Of a stretch of 64,000 nucleotides of DNA, positions 28,846 to 38,503 are shown in pieces; within the stretch, counting starts at the first letter, position 1, and each line of letters starts with the position of its first letter. Location of the stretch: IMG/VR virus record IMGVR_UViG_3300028275_000006, positions 1-64,000 of that record; one strand, written 5' to 3'. The notes under the pieces are model-generated. The model had not been told where the DNA came from and ran no database searches. It was given only the letters and a program-made list of their open reading frames with translations. Position numbers and translations under genes: made by a program.

Positions 28846-30789
28846 ATGGCGTACACAATAAACCGATGGGACGGAACAGCGATTGCAGTAATCGAAGACG
28901 GTACCGTCAATCAAAGTTTAGACATTAAGTTAATCGGTAAAAATTATGCCGGCTACGGTGAAATTCAGAACGAAAACACAGTATTCATGTTGGAGAATTT
29001 CGCAAGCGGAACAAGTCCAGCAAACGCAGTACGTGGACAGTTATGGTACGATAGCGGTAATAAAAAGTTAAAGATTTATACAGGCGATATAGTCGGTGCT
29101 GTAAAGCAATGGAAGCAAATTGGCGGAGCAGAATACGGCAGCACAGAACCAAGTTATCCTAACAACGGTGATTTTTGGTTTGATGTAAATCGAGATCAAC
29201 TTAAAGTAAGAAACGGAGATAGTTGGCTAGCAATCGGACCTCAAAGTGCTGGTGCTGGCGTAACGCAAATGGTTTCTAAGCAAGTTCGTGGATTCCCTGT
29301 AGGCAGTACAACTCCTCAAACTTATTCTATCATTATTGCTAATATTAATGATATTCCTGTTTATATTACTTCTAGAGAAGAATTTACACTAGATACTAGC
29401 GACCCTGATTCTATTATTGTTGGTTTTAATCTAATTAAGAAAGGTTTAACACTACAAGAAGTAGACGATACAACCGGTGTCAGCGGAACTCCAACATACT
29501 TATATTGGGGTACATCTAGTAACGCATTACGACTAGGCGGATTCCTAGCATCAGATTATGTACGTTCAGGTAGTTCAAACTTTACAGCCACAGTTCGTTT
29601 TAGCGATTTAGGCTATACCGTAGGCGACAGTAACGACCTGGCAGTATTCATTGAAACAGGTACAGAGCCAGTAATTCAAAATACTACAGGTCCCAGAGTT
29701 TATTTTAGAGTTAGAGACGGTTCAGATGTTAAGAACCCATTAACAATTAATGCAACTAAACTTGAACCAGGTGTTGATAACACATTTAGTATCGGTACTA
29801 GTCTTAAAAAATGGAAAGAAGTTTATGCTACAAACTTCTACGGTATTGCAGATAATGCAAATGCACTTCAAGTAGAAGCAGGAGTTTATCGTGTAGCCAG
29901 CACAAGTGCAGGTGTTAATACTATTGCCGCTCGCGACAGCAGTGGTAATTTAACAGCAAATACATTTAATGGTAACGCTACTAGTGCTACTAAATTAGCA
30001 ACTATTAGAACTATTAACGGTGTAAACTTTGATGGTACTACAAATATTATTATCGAAGACGATACAAAAGTTAGAATAGACGGTAGTACAATGACTGGCT
30101 ATTTGACTTTAAATGGCGATCCAACATCATTAAATCATGCCGCTACAAAAAACTATGTTGATGCACAGTTTGGTGTAGGCGGTGTATTAAGTATTGCAAG
30201 AGGTGGTTCTGGTGCAAGCACAGCCGCTAATGCTAGATCTAACTTAGACGTTCCAACACGCACAGGTGGAGACGCCAGTGGTACATGGAACATTAACATT
30301 TCTGGATCAGCCGCACAATTAAACGGATATGCAAGTTCAACATCTGCGACAGGCGATACTATTGCTAGACGAGATAGTAGTGGTAATTTAACTGCTAACG
30401 TGTTTAGCGGTACTGCTACTTCAGCACGTTACGCTGACTTGGCAGAAAAGTATATTCCAGATAACAATTACGAAGTTGGAACAGTTGTAATGGTAGGCGG
30501 CGAAAAAGAAGTCACTGCGTGTACATTTGGCTCACGTGCAATCGGCGCAATATCTGGTAACCCTGCTTATATGATGAACAGCGGCTTAGAAGGCGGCGTA
30601 TATGTTGCACTAAAAGGTCGTGTTCCAGTTAAAGTAACTGGCCGTGTTAAGAAAGGTGATCGCATGATTGCTAGTGAAGGCGGTGTTGCTATAGCAGGTC
30701 AATTCCACTCAAACGCAGATGTATTTGCCATTGCGTTAGAATCAAACGATAATATAGATATTAAAATAGTGGAGTGTTTAATTCTTTAA
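28846..30789 (+). CDS. tail fibre protein (paralogue 3) with a C-terminal autocleaving-chaperone-like domain
   Basis: Shared N-module; two RDSSGNLTAN repeats; C-terminal RYADLAEKY...VALKGRVPVKV..VKKGD pattern. Confidence 0.7.
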   Translation: MAYTINRWDGTAIAVIEDGTVNQSLDIKLIGKNYAGYGEIQNENTVFMLENFASGTSPANAVRGQLWYDSGNKKLKIYTGDIVGAVKQWKQIGGAEYGSTEPSYPNNGDFWFDVNRDQLKVRNGDSWLAIGPQSAGAGVTQMVSKQVRGFPVGSTTPQTYSIIIANINDIPVYITSREEFTLDTSDPDSIIVGFNLIKKGLTLQEVDDTTGVSGTPTYLYWGTSSNALRLGGFLASDYVRSGSSNFTATVRFSDLGYTVGDSNDLAVFIETGTEPVIQNTTGPRVYFRVRDGSDVKNPLTINATKLEPGVDNTFSIGTSLKKWKEVYATNFYGIADNANALQVEAGVYRVASTSAGVNTIAARDSSGNLTANTFNGNATSATKLATIRTINGVNFDGTTNIIIEDDTKVRIDGSTMTGYLTLNGDPTSLNHAATKNYVDAQFGVGGVLSIARGGSGASTAANARSNLDVPTRTGGDASGTWNINISGSAAQLNGYASSTSATGDTIARRDSSGNLTANVFSGTATSARYADLAEKYIPDNNYEVGTVVMVGGEKEVTACTFGSRAIGAISGNPAYMMNSGLEGGVYVALKGRVPVKVTGRVKKGDRMIASEGGVAIAGQFHSNADVFAIALESNDNIDIKIVECLIL

Positions 30790-31631
30790 ACAGCCATATC
30801 TGCTTTAATAGCAGGATCTGGATTATAGTTTTCCAACATAAAATCGTCGACTACATAGTCGGCGATTTTTTTTCCTACTGTAATAAACAATGTTGGTAAT
30901 TGCTTTGGGGTGCGGGCTAGTTGTTCATTGACTGCGTCAATATGATTATTGTAGATGTGACAGTCTCCCCCAGTCCATACAAAATCGCCTACTTTTAAAT
31001 TACACTCTCTAGCAATAATATGTGTAAGTAAACTGTAACTGGCAATGTTAAATGGTACACCTAAGAACATATCGCAACTACGTTGATATAGTTGACAACT
31101 TAGATACCCGTCAGTAACATTAAATTGACTTAATATATGACATGGCGGTAATGCCATTTGATCGAGCTCTCCGGGATTCCATGCAGTCATAATATGTCTA
31201 CGACTACCTGGATCTTTCTTAATCCCTTCGATTAAATTCTCAAGTTGATCGATGTCGGAGTTTAGAAAAGGTCGTTGCCAATGACGCCATTGTACTCCGT
31301 AAACCCGACCTAGATCGCCTTCGAACTTTGCTTTTGGTTTCCAGTAATCTGCTTCTGCATTAGCAGTCCAAATAGTATTTTTACTGGAGTCTCTTGTGCC
31401 ATGTAGGATTTCTGCAAGACGGCGTTCGTCGCCGCTACCTTCTAAAAACCAAAGAAGTTCCGAAACTACTGCTCGCCAAGCGAGCTTCTTAGTAGTAACT
31501 GCGGGAAAACCTTCTTGCAGATTAAAACGCATTTGATAACCAAACACGCTACGAGTACCTACACCCGTCCTATCAGTCTTGTTCTTTCCGTTTTCTAGTA
31601 TTTGTTTTAGTGCTTCGTGATATTGTTTCAT
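30786..31631 (-). CDS. thyA: thymidylate synthase
   Basis: DRTGVGT, MALPPCH, YQRSCDMFLGVPFNIASY. Confidence 0.97.
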   Translation of the reverse strand: MKQYHEALKQILENGKNKTDRTGVGTRSVFGYQMRFNLQEGFPAVTTKKLAWRAVVSELLWFLEGSGDERRLAEILHGTRDSSKNTIWTANAEADYWKPKAKFEGDLGRVYGVQWRHWQRPFLNSDIDQLENLIEGIKKDPGSRRHIMTAWNPGELDQMALPPCHILSQFNVTDGYLSCQLYQRSCDMFLGVPFNIASYSLLTHIIARECNLKVGDFVWTGGDCHIYNNHIDAVNEQLARTPKQLPTLFITVGKKIADYVVDDFMLENYNPDPAIKADMAV

Positions 31632-32106
31632 TGTGATATTCTTCTACTATACAGGTTCCTAAGTTAACAGTTTGATGTAATTTCATACCATCTAAGAACT
31701 CTGTTAAATCTATACTAGTATCGTTTAAGTATTCGCCTTGTATTCTAGTTAAGTAAACTTTATCTAAAACTGGTTTGCTTTGTAATAGTAAATTTGGTCC
31801 ACCGATTACAAATATGTTTTTGCGTCTATTTGTCTGTTTTAAACTTTTTAATGCTTCGCAGGCATCGCCGCGAATTTGTTCTATATCTTCACGTTCTAAA
31901 AACTTGTTAGTAAAAAGAACATTTAATCGTCCAGGTAATGGGCTAGGCATATCGGGACTTTCCCAAGTCTTACGACCCATAACAACGACTTGATTTTGTG
32001 TAACGGATTTAAACCATTTCATATCGTCCTTGTTACTAGGCCACGGTAACGACCCTTTCCACCCCATACCACCTATATCATCTACTGCAAATAAAGCCGC
32101 TATCAT
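31573..32106 (-). CDS. folA: dihydrofolate reductase
   Basis: GGMGWKGSLPWP, VVMGRKTWES, FVIGG; adjacent to thyA. Confidence 0.92.
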   Translation of the reverse strand: MIAALFAVDDIGGMGWKGSLPWPSNKDDMKWFKSVTQNQVVVMGRKTWESPDMPSPLPGRLNVLFTNKFLEREDIEQIRGDACEALKSLKQTNRRKNIFVIGGPNLLLQSKPVLDKVYLTRIQGEYLNDTSIDLTEFLDGMKLHQTVNLGTCIVEEYHNETISRSTKTNTRKRKEQD

Positions 32107-32109
32107 AAT

Positions 32110-32424
32110 TTATTTTTTTGGTTTTTTAAGAAAACTCTTTGTTTGTTTCATTACATCTTTCTTCACACGCTCAACGTCTAACCTGAAGTCTATATGTTCA
32201 ATAGAATCCTCATAGGTTGTGATTAGTTCAGAAAGATGTGCTTCAAGATCGTCTATGCTGTTTTTTCTAGCGTGATCGTCGATGTTAATATCCCATACCT
32301 TCCCATCTTTGAAGATGATTCTCATCGAATACAAATATGGGATAGGTATTGCTTTTACATCTACATCGCTAAAAACCTCTGGCCATTGATCTACAACATC
32401 TTTTGGCAGAGATTTTTTCTTCAC
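32110..32424 (-). CDS. hypothetical protein
   Basis: 104-aa ORF tightly packed in the operon. Confidence 0.65.
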   Translation of the reverse strand: MKKKSLPKDVVDQWPEVFSDVDVKAIPIPYLYSMRIIFKDGKVWDINIDDHARKNSIDDLEAHLSELITTYEDSIEHIDFRLDVERVKKDVMKQTKSFLKKPKK

Positions 32425-33038
32425 GCTTCAGCAGTAGCCTTCTTCTTAGTCGGTACCAGTGCTTCTGCTTGACGACGAAGTTCAGCGGCTTCTTTGCTCA
32501 AACGATCTGCTTGGCTTCGATAAGACTTTGCTAGGTCCTCGTCAGATAAAGGTTGCTCATTAATTTTTGCAACTTGGCTTTCGGCTACAACATCTGTCTT
32601 AGTAGTTTCTGTAATGTCTTTTACAGTAGCAACTTCAGTGGCTTGGGATCCATTGCCCAGTGCTAAGTCATTAACACTAATGCCTCTTTGCTCTGCAATG
32701 ATTTGATTAAGTTGATCTAAACTAATAGTCGACTGCATCGTTGGAATCATTTCAATTTCAGATGTTTTAACTTTAAGCAATTTGCTATTAAAATGCAAAT
32801 TGGCAAGCATGATACTACCGTCTGGGAAATTTGTACGAGCCATTGCTTCTGCAAATTCGTATGCACTTTGTCCTGCTGGGCTTTCGACTAATTTAATAAG
32901 AGAATCATGTTGATCATCAGATAAACTAGCAGTATCGATAACTAGTGCGGCATCACTTTCACCGGGTAGTGTTCTATAAGCAACGATAACTTTACGTCCG
33001 TTTGCTTTAATGCGTCCTACGTGTTTTAAATTAACCAT
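32421..33038 (-). CDS. hypothetical protein with a C-terminal coiled segment
   Basis: Long ORF; start moved to MVNLKH, which has an AAGGA SD. Confidence 0.7.
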   Translation of the reverse strand: MVNLKHVGRIKANGRKVIVAYRTLPGESDAALVIDTASLSDDQHDSLIKLVESPAGQSAYEFAEAMARTNFPDGSIMLANLHFNSKLLKVKTSEIEMIPTMQSTISLDQLNQIIAEQRGISVNDLALGNGSQATEVATVKDITETTKTDVVAESQVAKINEQPLSDEDLAKSYRSQADRLSKEAAELRRQAEALVPTKKKATAEA

Positions 33039-33264
33039 TTTGTTGTTGTCCTTGTTTAGCAACGCCCTCTAAAAATCCATTGAGTTTGTTATAAACTCCG
33101 CCCACGGCCGCCATTTCGCCAGGTTTAAATGCACCACGCTGTGCCGCAAGGTCGATGATGCTTCTTAGTAGGTTTAAATCTTGAACATTTAAGTCTACTG
33201 ATTGTTGCGCTTCTGCTGGCGCAGGTTGTTGTGCTACTTCTTGAGTTTCGGTTTTTTCGGTCAT
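33031..33264 (-). CDS. hypothetical protein
   Basis: 77 aa, AAGGAG SD. Confidence 0.7.
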   Translation of the reverse strand: MTEKTETQEVAQQPAPAEAQQSVDLNVQDLNLLRSIIDLAAQRGAFKPGEMAAVGGVYNKLNGFLEGVAKQGQQQNG

Positions 33265-33296
33265 AATTATACTCCTTTGTATTATTATATATGCAG

Positions 33297-33581
33297 TTAA
33301 TTATTTAGATACTTTAAATGTGAACACGCCAGTAAAAAGAAACTGGCTTCTTTTGGCTCTTCAAAACCAACTTTAATTTTGGTTTGATATTGATTATTTT
33401 CTAACACTAAACACTCGCCAATATAAAATCGGTGTTTAAGATTTTCGTAAATCCAATCCTTAACGGATGCTACAATATTATATTTTAGATCCAAATAGTA
33501 GTAATGGAAATAGGGAGGCGGATCCTGCACCTCCCTACAGCCTAACACATTAAGTGGATTTATTTTAGCATTATTTGCCAT
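33297..33581 (-). CDS. hypothetical protein
   Basis: 94 aa, start overlaps the upstream stop codon. Confidence 0.6.
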   Translation of the reverse strand: MANNAKINPLNVLGCREVQDPPPYFHYYYLDLKYNIVASVKDWIYENLKHRFYIGECLVLENNQYQTKIKVGFEEPKEASFFLLACSHLKYLNN

Positions 33582-34759
33582 TATTTCTTATCAGGAAACT
33601 CGTAGTATGCGTATGTACCAAATGGCGGAACAATAGTGTCGTTACCGTGAATAATAAAAATTGTATCACAGTAATCTTCATCACCCCAACTGTCCCAAGG
33701 ATAACCGTCTGTGAACATGATAAACTTCTTAGGGTTAATGTCATGTTCTTTCATGTATTCCCAGTTACAATCAAAGTCAGTGCCGCCACCGCCCATTAAT
33801 TCATACTCGCCAATTTCTTCAGAAGTATATCCGTTAAAGTCTTGTTCATTATATACCTTAGTGTCAAAGCACCAGATTTTAATGTTGAAGTCTTTAAACT
33901 CTTCCATAATGCCTTTAATTTCGCCTAGGAAGTCTGAACCCATAGCATCAGTAATACTACCAGACATATCCAAAGATACACAAATATCGATGCTAGTATC
34001 AAAATTACAACCAGGCAAAATTGCGCCAGTCATTTGACCTTTGCGACTTGGACGAGCCCAACTAAAGTCGTTTTTAATTGTGCTCTGGATTTGCTGACGT
34101 AACAGTTCACGCCAGTTCATCTTTGGTTCAGTCATTTCCTTAATCATACGAGCAATATCACCAGGCACATTACCTGCGCCTGCGGCCTGTGCGGCTTGAA
34201 TCATTGCTTCTTTGATTTCGTCGCGAATCTTTTTCAATTCTTCTTTACTATATTTTGGACCTTTGCCGTCGCCGTCTTTATCCGGATCCAAATGTTCGTC
34301 CAACAGTTCGCCAAGTGCGGCTAATTGTTCATCGTCGTATTTGCTATAGATTTCGTCATACACTTGTTCCGCACTCCAACCGTCATACTTGCGGTCATAG
34401 AAAAATTTAACTGGAGGATCGTCTCCGATACGTTCGCGTTTTAGCAAACCGTTTACGCAATAGTCAGCGGCAATATTCCAAACTTTCTTATCGCGACTTT
34501 CTACACGCATCATATGGTCATAAACACAATGCAAAATTTCGTGTGCTACAACGAATTCAACTTGTCTAGGAGTCATCTTTTCGAAGAACTCTCTGTTAAA
34601 GTAAAAATTACGGAAGTCTGTTGCGGCAGTGGGCAACCAATCGCTTGCATCGACAAGTTTCATGCGAGTAGCCATATTGCCAAAAAATGGATGACGTAAT
34701 AGCAAACCAACTCGTGCTACAACAATCTTGTCGATAATTGGATCTAGTGAATGTGACAT
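33581..34759 (-). CDS. vWA-domain protein with an N-terminal HEXXH metallopeptidase-like domain (DUF2201-like)
   Basis: TAATD...FVVAHEILH; MIDAS-like LDMSGS; GGGGTDF; FTDGY. Confidence 0.85.
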   Translation of the reverse strand: MSHSLDPIIDKIVVARVGLLLRHPFFGNMATRMKLVDASDWLPTAATDFRNFYFNREFFEKMTPRQVEFVVAHEILHCVYDHMMRVESRDKKVWNIAADYCVNGLLKRERIGDDPPVKFFYDRKYDGWSAEQVYDEIYSKYDDEQLAALGELLDEHLDPDKDGDGKGPKYSKEELKKIRDEIKEAMIQAAQAAGAGNVPGDIARMIKEMTEPKMNWRELLRQQIQSTIKNDFSWARPSRKGQMTGAILPGCNFDTSIDICVSLDMSGSITDAMGSDFLGEIKGIMEEFKDFNIKIWCFDTKVYNEQDFNGYTSEEIGEYELMGGGGTDFDCNWEYMKEHDINPKKFIMFTDGYPWDSWGDEDYCDTIFIIHGNDTIVPPFGTYAYYEFPDKK

Positions 34760-34789
34760 TTATGCTCCGTTTCTTTACTGTATGTTTAT

Positions 34790-34818
34790 ATTATACAGTC
34801 ACTTCTATACTTTGTCAA
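34790..34818 (-). promoter_or_regulatory. sigma70-type promoter
   Basis: TTGACA-N17-TATAAT, perfect consensus. Confidence 0.85.
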
Positions 34819-34821
34819 GGT

Positions 34822-34845
34822 TAGAGGTGCATCTCTGCACCTCTA
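34822..34845. terminator. 10-bp hairpin downstream of the AAA ATPase gene
   Basis: TAGAGGTGCA/TGCACCTCTA stem; loop reads GAGA (GNRA) on minus; the T-tract follows only on the plus strand. Confidence 0.45.
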
Positions 34846-34851
34846 TTTTGG

Positions 34852-35952
34852 TTATCGCTTGTCCTGAGCGGCCGCGATGTACTTACCAAACTTTTCGTGG
34901 AACTCATCGAAACACTCGATTTCGTCTGGATCTAACGGAAGTTGATATTGGGTAAGTGCAAGTTTGGTGCCCATAACAACCAATTCAGTTTCAAAATTAT
35001 CCATCATAAAACGGAAGAAGTTATTAACCTTCTCGTCAAATTTCTTGTCTTGCTTTTCGGTTGCATCTTTCAACTCGTAGCACATAGACACAGTCAAAGA
35101 ATACATAGCAGAAATTTCAATTTTGGAATCTAATTTCTTAACTTTACCGGCCAAAATATCTTCTGGCTTAGGCAGTTTGCTAGACACTTTTCGGTGTGCC
35201 ATAAACTTAAGAGCAAGACCTTCACCCACTGCACCGGAAATCAAATCCATCAGCGTTTCATCGTTTGTGTCATCTTCCTCTAAAAGCTCAGAAACGAAAC
35301 TCCAAGAACGGGGTGTTGCAAATGCACGGCTTGAAGACTTAGGATCGAAGTCGTACAAGTCTTTCTTGGCAAAAGTAACGTAGCCGACAACATCTTTGTG
35401 TACACGGTTGTTAGTAGCCCACAAAGACCAGTCATCAAAGTCTACACGCATTTCCAAGTGAACGAAACGATTAGCCAACGGTGCTGGCATACGATATGTA
35501 ACACCTTTGTCTGCTTCGCGGTTACCAGCCGCAACAATCAAAACGTTATCTGGCAGTTTGTACTGTCCCACACGACGGTTCAAAATAAGTTGATAAGCGG
35601 CGGCTTGTACGCTAGGAGCCGCAGAGTTCATTTCGTCCAAGAACAAAATTACATTAGGGAATTTAGATGCAAGTTCTTCGGTGGGTAGTTCGCTTGGGCT
35701 ACCCCAAACCATAGTGCCTGAATTGGTATCAAAATATGGAATACCTTTGATATCTGTAGGTTCCCAAAGGCTTAGGCGAATGTCAATGACATGGGCACCC
35801 ATCTCTGCACCAATTTGGTGAATAATATCGGATTTACCAATGCCCGGAGGACCCCAAAGGAACAACGGACGCTGTTTCTTAAATGCCTTACGAATAGCGT
35901 TCTTTGCACCGTTCGGGCTAACTTGACGATTGACTACTTCTGCTTTTGCCAT
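34852..35952 (-). CDS. MoxR-like AAA+ ATPase
   Basis: Walker A GPPGIGKS, Walker B LFLDEMN, AAGNR, PLANRF; start moved to MAKAE after AGGAG. Confidence 0.88.
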   Translation of the reverse strand: MAKAEVVNRQVSPNGAKNAIRKAFKKQRPLFLWGPPGIGKSDIIHQIGAEMGAHVIDIRLSLWEPTDIKGIPYFDTNSGTMVWGSPSELPTEELASKFPNVILFLDEMNSAAPSVQAAAYQLILNRRVGQYKLPDNVLIVAAGNREADKGVTYRMPAPLANRFVHLEMRVDFDDWSLWATNNRVHKDVVGYVTFAKKDLYDFDPKSSSRAFATPRSWSFVSELLEEDDTNDETLMDLISGAVGEGLALKFMAHRKVSSKLPKPEDILAGKVKKLDSKIEISAMYSLTVSMCYELKDATEKQDKKFDEKVNNFFRFMMDNFETELVVMGTKLALTQYQLPLDPDEIECFDEFHEKFGKYIAAAQDKR

Positions 35953-36001
35953 TACATGCTCCTGTGTTAAAAATGATTGCAATTAATTTCGCAGTATCAT
36001 T

Positions 36002-36030
36002 AGTATAACGCCACTCCGCAGGAATGTCAA
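36002..36030 (-). promoter_or_regulatory. sigma70-type promoter
   Basis: TTGACA-N17-TATACT. Confidence 0.8.
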
Positions 36031-36038
36031 CGTGATTT

Positions 36039-36440
36039 TTAAAAAGTTTTGTGGGTTTTTGGTAATTCGCGCTTCATAGCCTTAATCAAACCATATTTTC
36101 GAACATCGCCCGAAAATAAGTGTAGTTCTATGGCTTTACGCTCGCTCAAAACTGTAATTGAGTCTTCTGTAAGATGATATGGACAGTCCAAAAATTTGTC
36201 CAAATATAATAGTACCTGTGGTTTTAAATCCAAATCAGGTGGAAACGGAACTTCGTAAACTTTGATATCCAAAACTTCAGTTATGTAACGCAGGCCTTCG
36301 TCTGTTAGTCTGAGACTTTCACGCTCTTTGGCTCTGTTGTTTTTCCACCACAATCTTGTTTTAATTTTAAGATTTTCTTCGCTCAAAGCCTCTCCAGATT
36401 CTTTAATAAAAATCTTAGTATAGGCCTGCTTGGTGTTCAT
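36039..36440 (-). CDS. hypothetical protein
   Basis: 133-aa ORF, ATGA-type coupling with the upstream gene. Confidence 0.7.
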   Translation of the reverse strand: MNTKQAYTKIFIKESGEALSEENLKIKTRLWWKNNRAKERESLRLTDEGLRYITEVLDIKVYEVPFPPDLDLKPQVLLYLDKFLDCPYHLTEDSITVLSERKAIELHLFSGDVRKYGLIKAMKRELPKTHKTF

Positions 36441-36721
36441 TTAAGTTCTTCGCCAGTGGTTAGTTTGTAAACAGCAAAGTCGGTTGAATTGAAAAGTGTA
36501 TTAAGTTTCTTTGCCAAATTGTGTGCATGGCCAGGATTGCTAAAACTAACTTTTTTATATTTGCTTCCTGGATAACCGCTAAGACTATTTTGACTTTTTA
36601 AGTTAAAAGGTTTACCCTGATAGAATACCGCCCAAATTGCCTCGGCTTCTAAAATTTGGTCACTTTTAAATGTCTTCTTGTTAATTTTTTCCAATACAAC
36701 TGTTGGCTTTGGGCGACTCAT
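36437..36721 (-). CDS. hypothetical basic protein
   Basis: Likely start MSRPKP after GAGGA; preceded by a late-promoter motif. Confidence 0.7.
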   Translation of the reverse strand: MSRPKPTVVLEKINKKTFKSDQILEAEAIWAVFYQGKPFNLKSQNSLSGYPGSKYKKVSFSNPGHAHNLAKKLNTLFNSTDFAVYKLTTGEELK

Positions 36722-36749
36722 ATATACGTTCCTCAATAATATACGTATA

Positions 36750-36757
36750 TATTTATC
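36750..36757 (-). promoter_or_regulatory. late promoter GATAAATA
   Basis: Minus strand GATAAATA 28 nt upstream of MSRPKP. Confidence 0.5.
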
Positions 36758-36763
36758 CAAAAA

Positions 36764-37009
36764 TTACATCTTTTGGTCCCAACTTCCTCCGTCCATTTCG
36801 ACCTTAACTACAGTATCGTCCTTGCGAGATTCTTGTATTAGACCTTCATAGTTACCTGCTAGTCTAGTCATAACCATACCTAATGTATAGGCAAGATTTT
36901 TAGCAGTAGCCATGTCGAATCTAACTTCTCTTTGATTGCCTAAATCGGCACCCTTAATGGTTTGAAGCACCTGTTGTATTACCGCGGTATTGATTTTATT
37001 TTCTTGCAT
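36764..37009 (-). CDS. hypothetical protein
   Basis: 81-aa ORF in the operon. Confidence 0.65.
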   Translation of the reverse strand: MQENKINTAVIQQVLQTIKGADLGNQREVRFDMATAKNLAYTLGMVMTRLAGNYEGLIQESRKDDTVVKVEMDGGSWDQKM

Positions 37010-37538
37010 TTGATAACCTGTGTTTCATTTCTATTTCTGTTTTAAACGGTCCTTCATACGGATAACGTTCGATAGTAATTAGTTTAGGACAGAAACTACG
37101 CACCCAACCTTTATCAAATTTAATAATATAATATCCGGCGCAGTAAACACTTTTAGATTTATTACTCTTTGTAAACAACGGTAAATGACGTTTAACATCG
37201 AATAACGGATTGTATGGAAGTGTGCTAGTTGGATAACCGTGTACTTCTAAATCTTCTTCGGACTTAACTTTCTTTTCTAAAGTTTTCTTTATAAAAAATT
37301 CAGGACCAAATCGTTCTACAATTTTCTTTTTTGTATCGAATGTAGTAATAGCATTTTTAGAACTAAAGATATATTTCTTTTGTTCGGTGATTTTTAATAC
37401 ACCTACTTTATTGCCATTTTCTTCTACTATCCAAAACTTACCATCGACTACGGGTTTGGCGTGTATCTCTGTCATATTAGGACTCCAACAATTTTCTGTT
37501 TTGTTTTCACAAGTATCTTCGTACTGGCAAATTTTCAT
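36996..37538 (-). CDS. hypothetical protein
   Basis: 180-aa ORF; the start may be at 37475 (MTEIH). Confidence 0.65.
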   Translation of the reverse strand: MKICQYEDTCENKTENCWSPNMTEIHAKPVVDGKFWIVEENGNKVGVLKITEQKKYIFSSKNAITTFDTKKKIVERFGPEFFIKKTLEKKVKSEEDLEVHGYPTSTLPYNPLFDVKRHLPLFTKSNKSKSVYCAGYYIIKFDKGWVRSFCPKLITIERYPYEGPFKTEIEMKHRLSNARK

Positions 37539-38503
37539 TTATGATATCTCGCATTGAGTGGTTCGGCATACTGCTGTGCTTGATCTGAAATCTTTTTAAG
37601 ATCATATAATTGACAAAACTTAAGAAGACGTATACCGACCTGGCTTACATTCTTTTCTTTGTCGATATTATCTTTAATGGTACCGAAGATTTTTTCTTTA
37701 ATATCGCTAGGTTGTGCCGCTAAATCTATTAACTGTCTATTACGTTCGTAGTCATCTTTAACACGATGTTCGACTCCGTTATGGTCTACCCAACGTTGCA
37801 ACATGAGATTGTTCCAAGCGAATCCCTGTGCTTCTCTGTCTTTAAATGCTTCTTGTAGTTTGTTTACACGCACCTTAGGATATGCACTAAACACGTTATC
37901 GCTACTATCTCCACGAATACATTTTTCAAACAATAACCACTTTGGATCAGGAATTGCCTTAGGTTCTTTAGTTTTGTTATCTATAACAAGTTTACCTTTC
38001 TTGTCAAAGATACCTTCGTGTGTAATATGATGTTCTTGAACACCGTTATACTGACTCACGTTGGGCGCAATTAACTGTACAAAATCGCTGTCTGTTGAGA
38101 TAATCACGTGCTTGTCTTCTGGATGACTCTGAATCCACCCAGCAATTAAGTCATCTGCTTCTAGTTCGCCGTGCTGTAGTACAGTACAGTTAGTTTTTTC
38201 AATAATAAATTCTTTGAACTTATCAAAACTTTCCCAGAATAGTTGATCCTCTTCTTGTTCTTTGACAGTTAATGCCGCACGAGCATCGCTACGATTGCGT
38301 TTGTACGGTTCGTAGTAATCTTTGCGCCATGAGCGACCTTCGAGGCAGAATACTACATGGCTACCGCCAAAGTCTTGCCAGGCCTTTTTGATACTGTTTA
38401 AAGTGATGTGAAACGCCATGCCAAGTTTAATGTCAGCATCGCCCTTAATTACGTGTCTAGCACGAAAGAATGTGTTAGCAGTATCTACTAAAATATATGT
38501 CAT
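37535..38503 (-). CDS. rnh: RNase H / 5'-3' exonuclease (T4 rnh, FEN family)
   Basis: ILVDTAN, EADDLIA, STDSDFVQL, RGDSSDNV. Confidence 0.9.
   Translation of the reverse strand: MTYILVDTANTFFRARHVIKGDADIKLGMAFHITLNSIKKAWQDFGGSHVVFCLEGRSWRKDYYEPYKRNRSDARAALTVKEQEEDQLFWESFDKFKEFIIEKTNCTVLQHGELEADDLIAGWIQSHPEDKHVIISTDSDFVQLIAPNVSQYNGVQEHHITHEGIFDKKGKLVIDNKTKEPKAIPDPKWLLFEKCIRGDSSDNVFSAYPKVRVNKLQEAFKDREAQGFAWNNLMLQRWVDHNGVEHRVKDDYERNRQLIDLAAQPSDIKEKIFGTIKDNIDKEKNVSQVGIRLLKFCQLYDLKKISDQAQQYAEPLNARYHK

Noticed and set aside
937-30789. Bacterial extracellular contractile injection system or tailocin
   Set aside because: Flanked by a gp55-like sigma, polymerase, clamp, RNase H and phage late promoters, so it is a phage tail module
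30786-31631. dCMP/dUMP hydroxymethylase (pyrimidine hypermodification)
   Set aside because: Has the dUMP-specifying Asn (PFNIASY) and sits beside DHFR, so it is a canonical ThyA
33284-33312. sigma70 promoter upstream of the 77-aa ORF at 33264
   Set aside because: TATAAT is present but there is no recognisable -35 at 16-18 nt spacing
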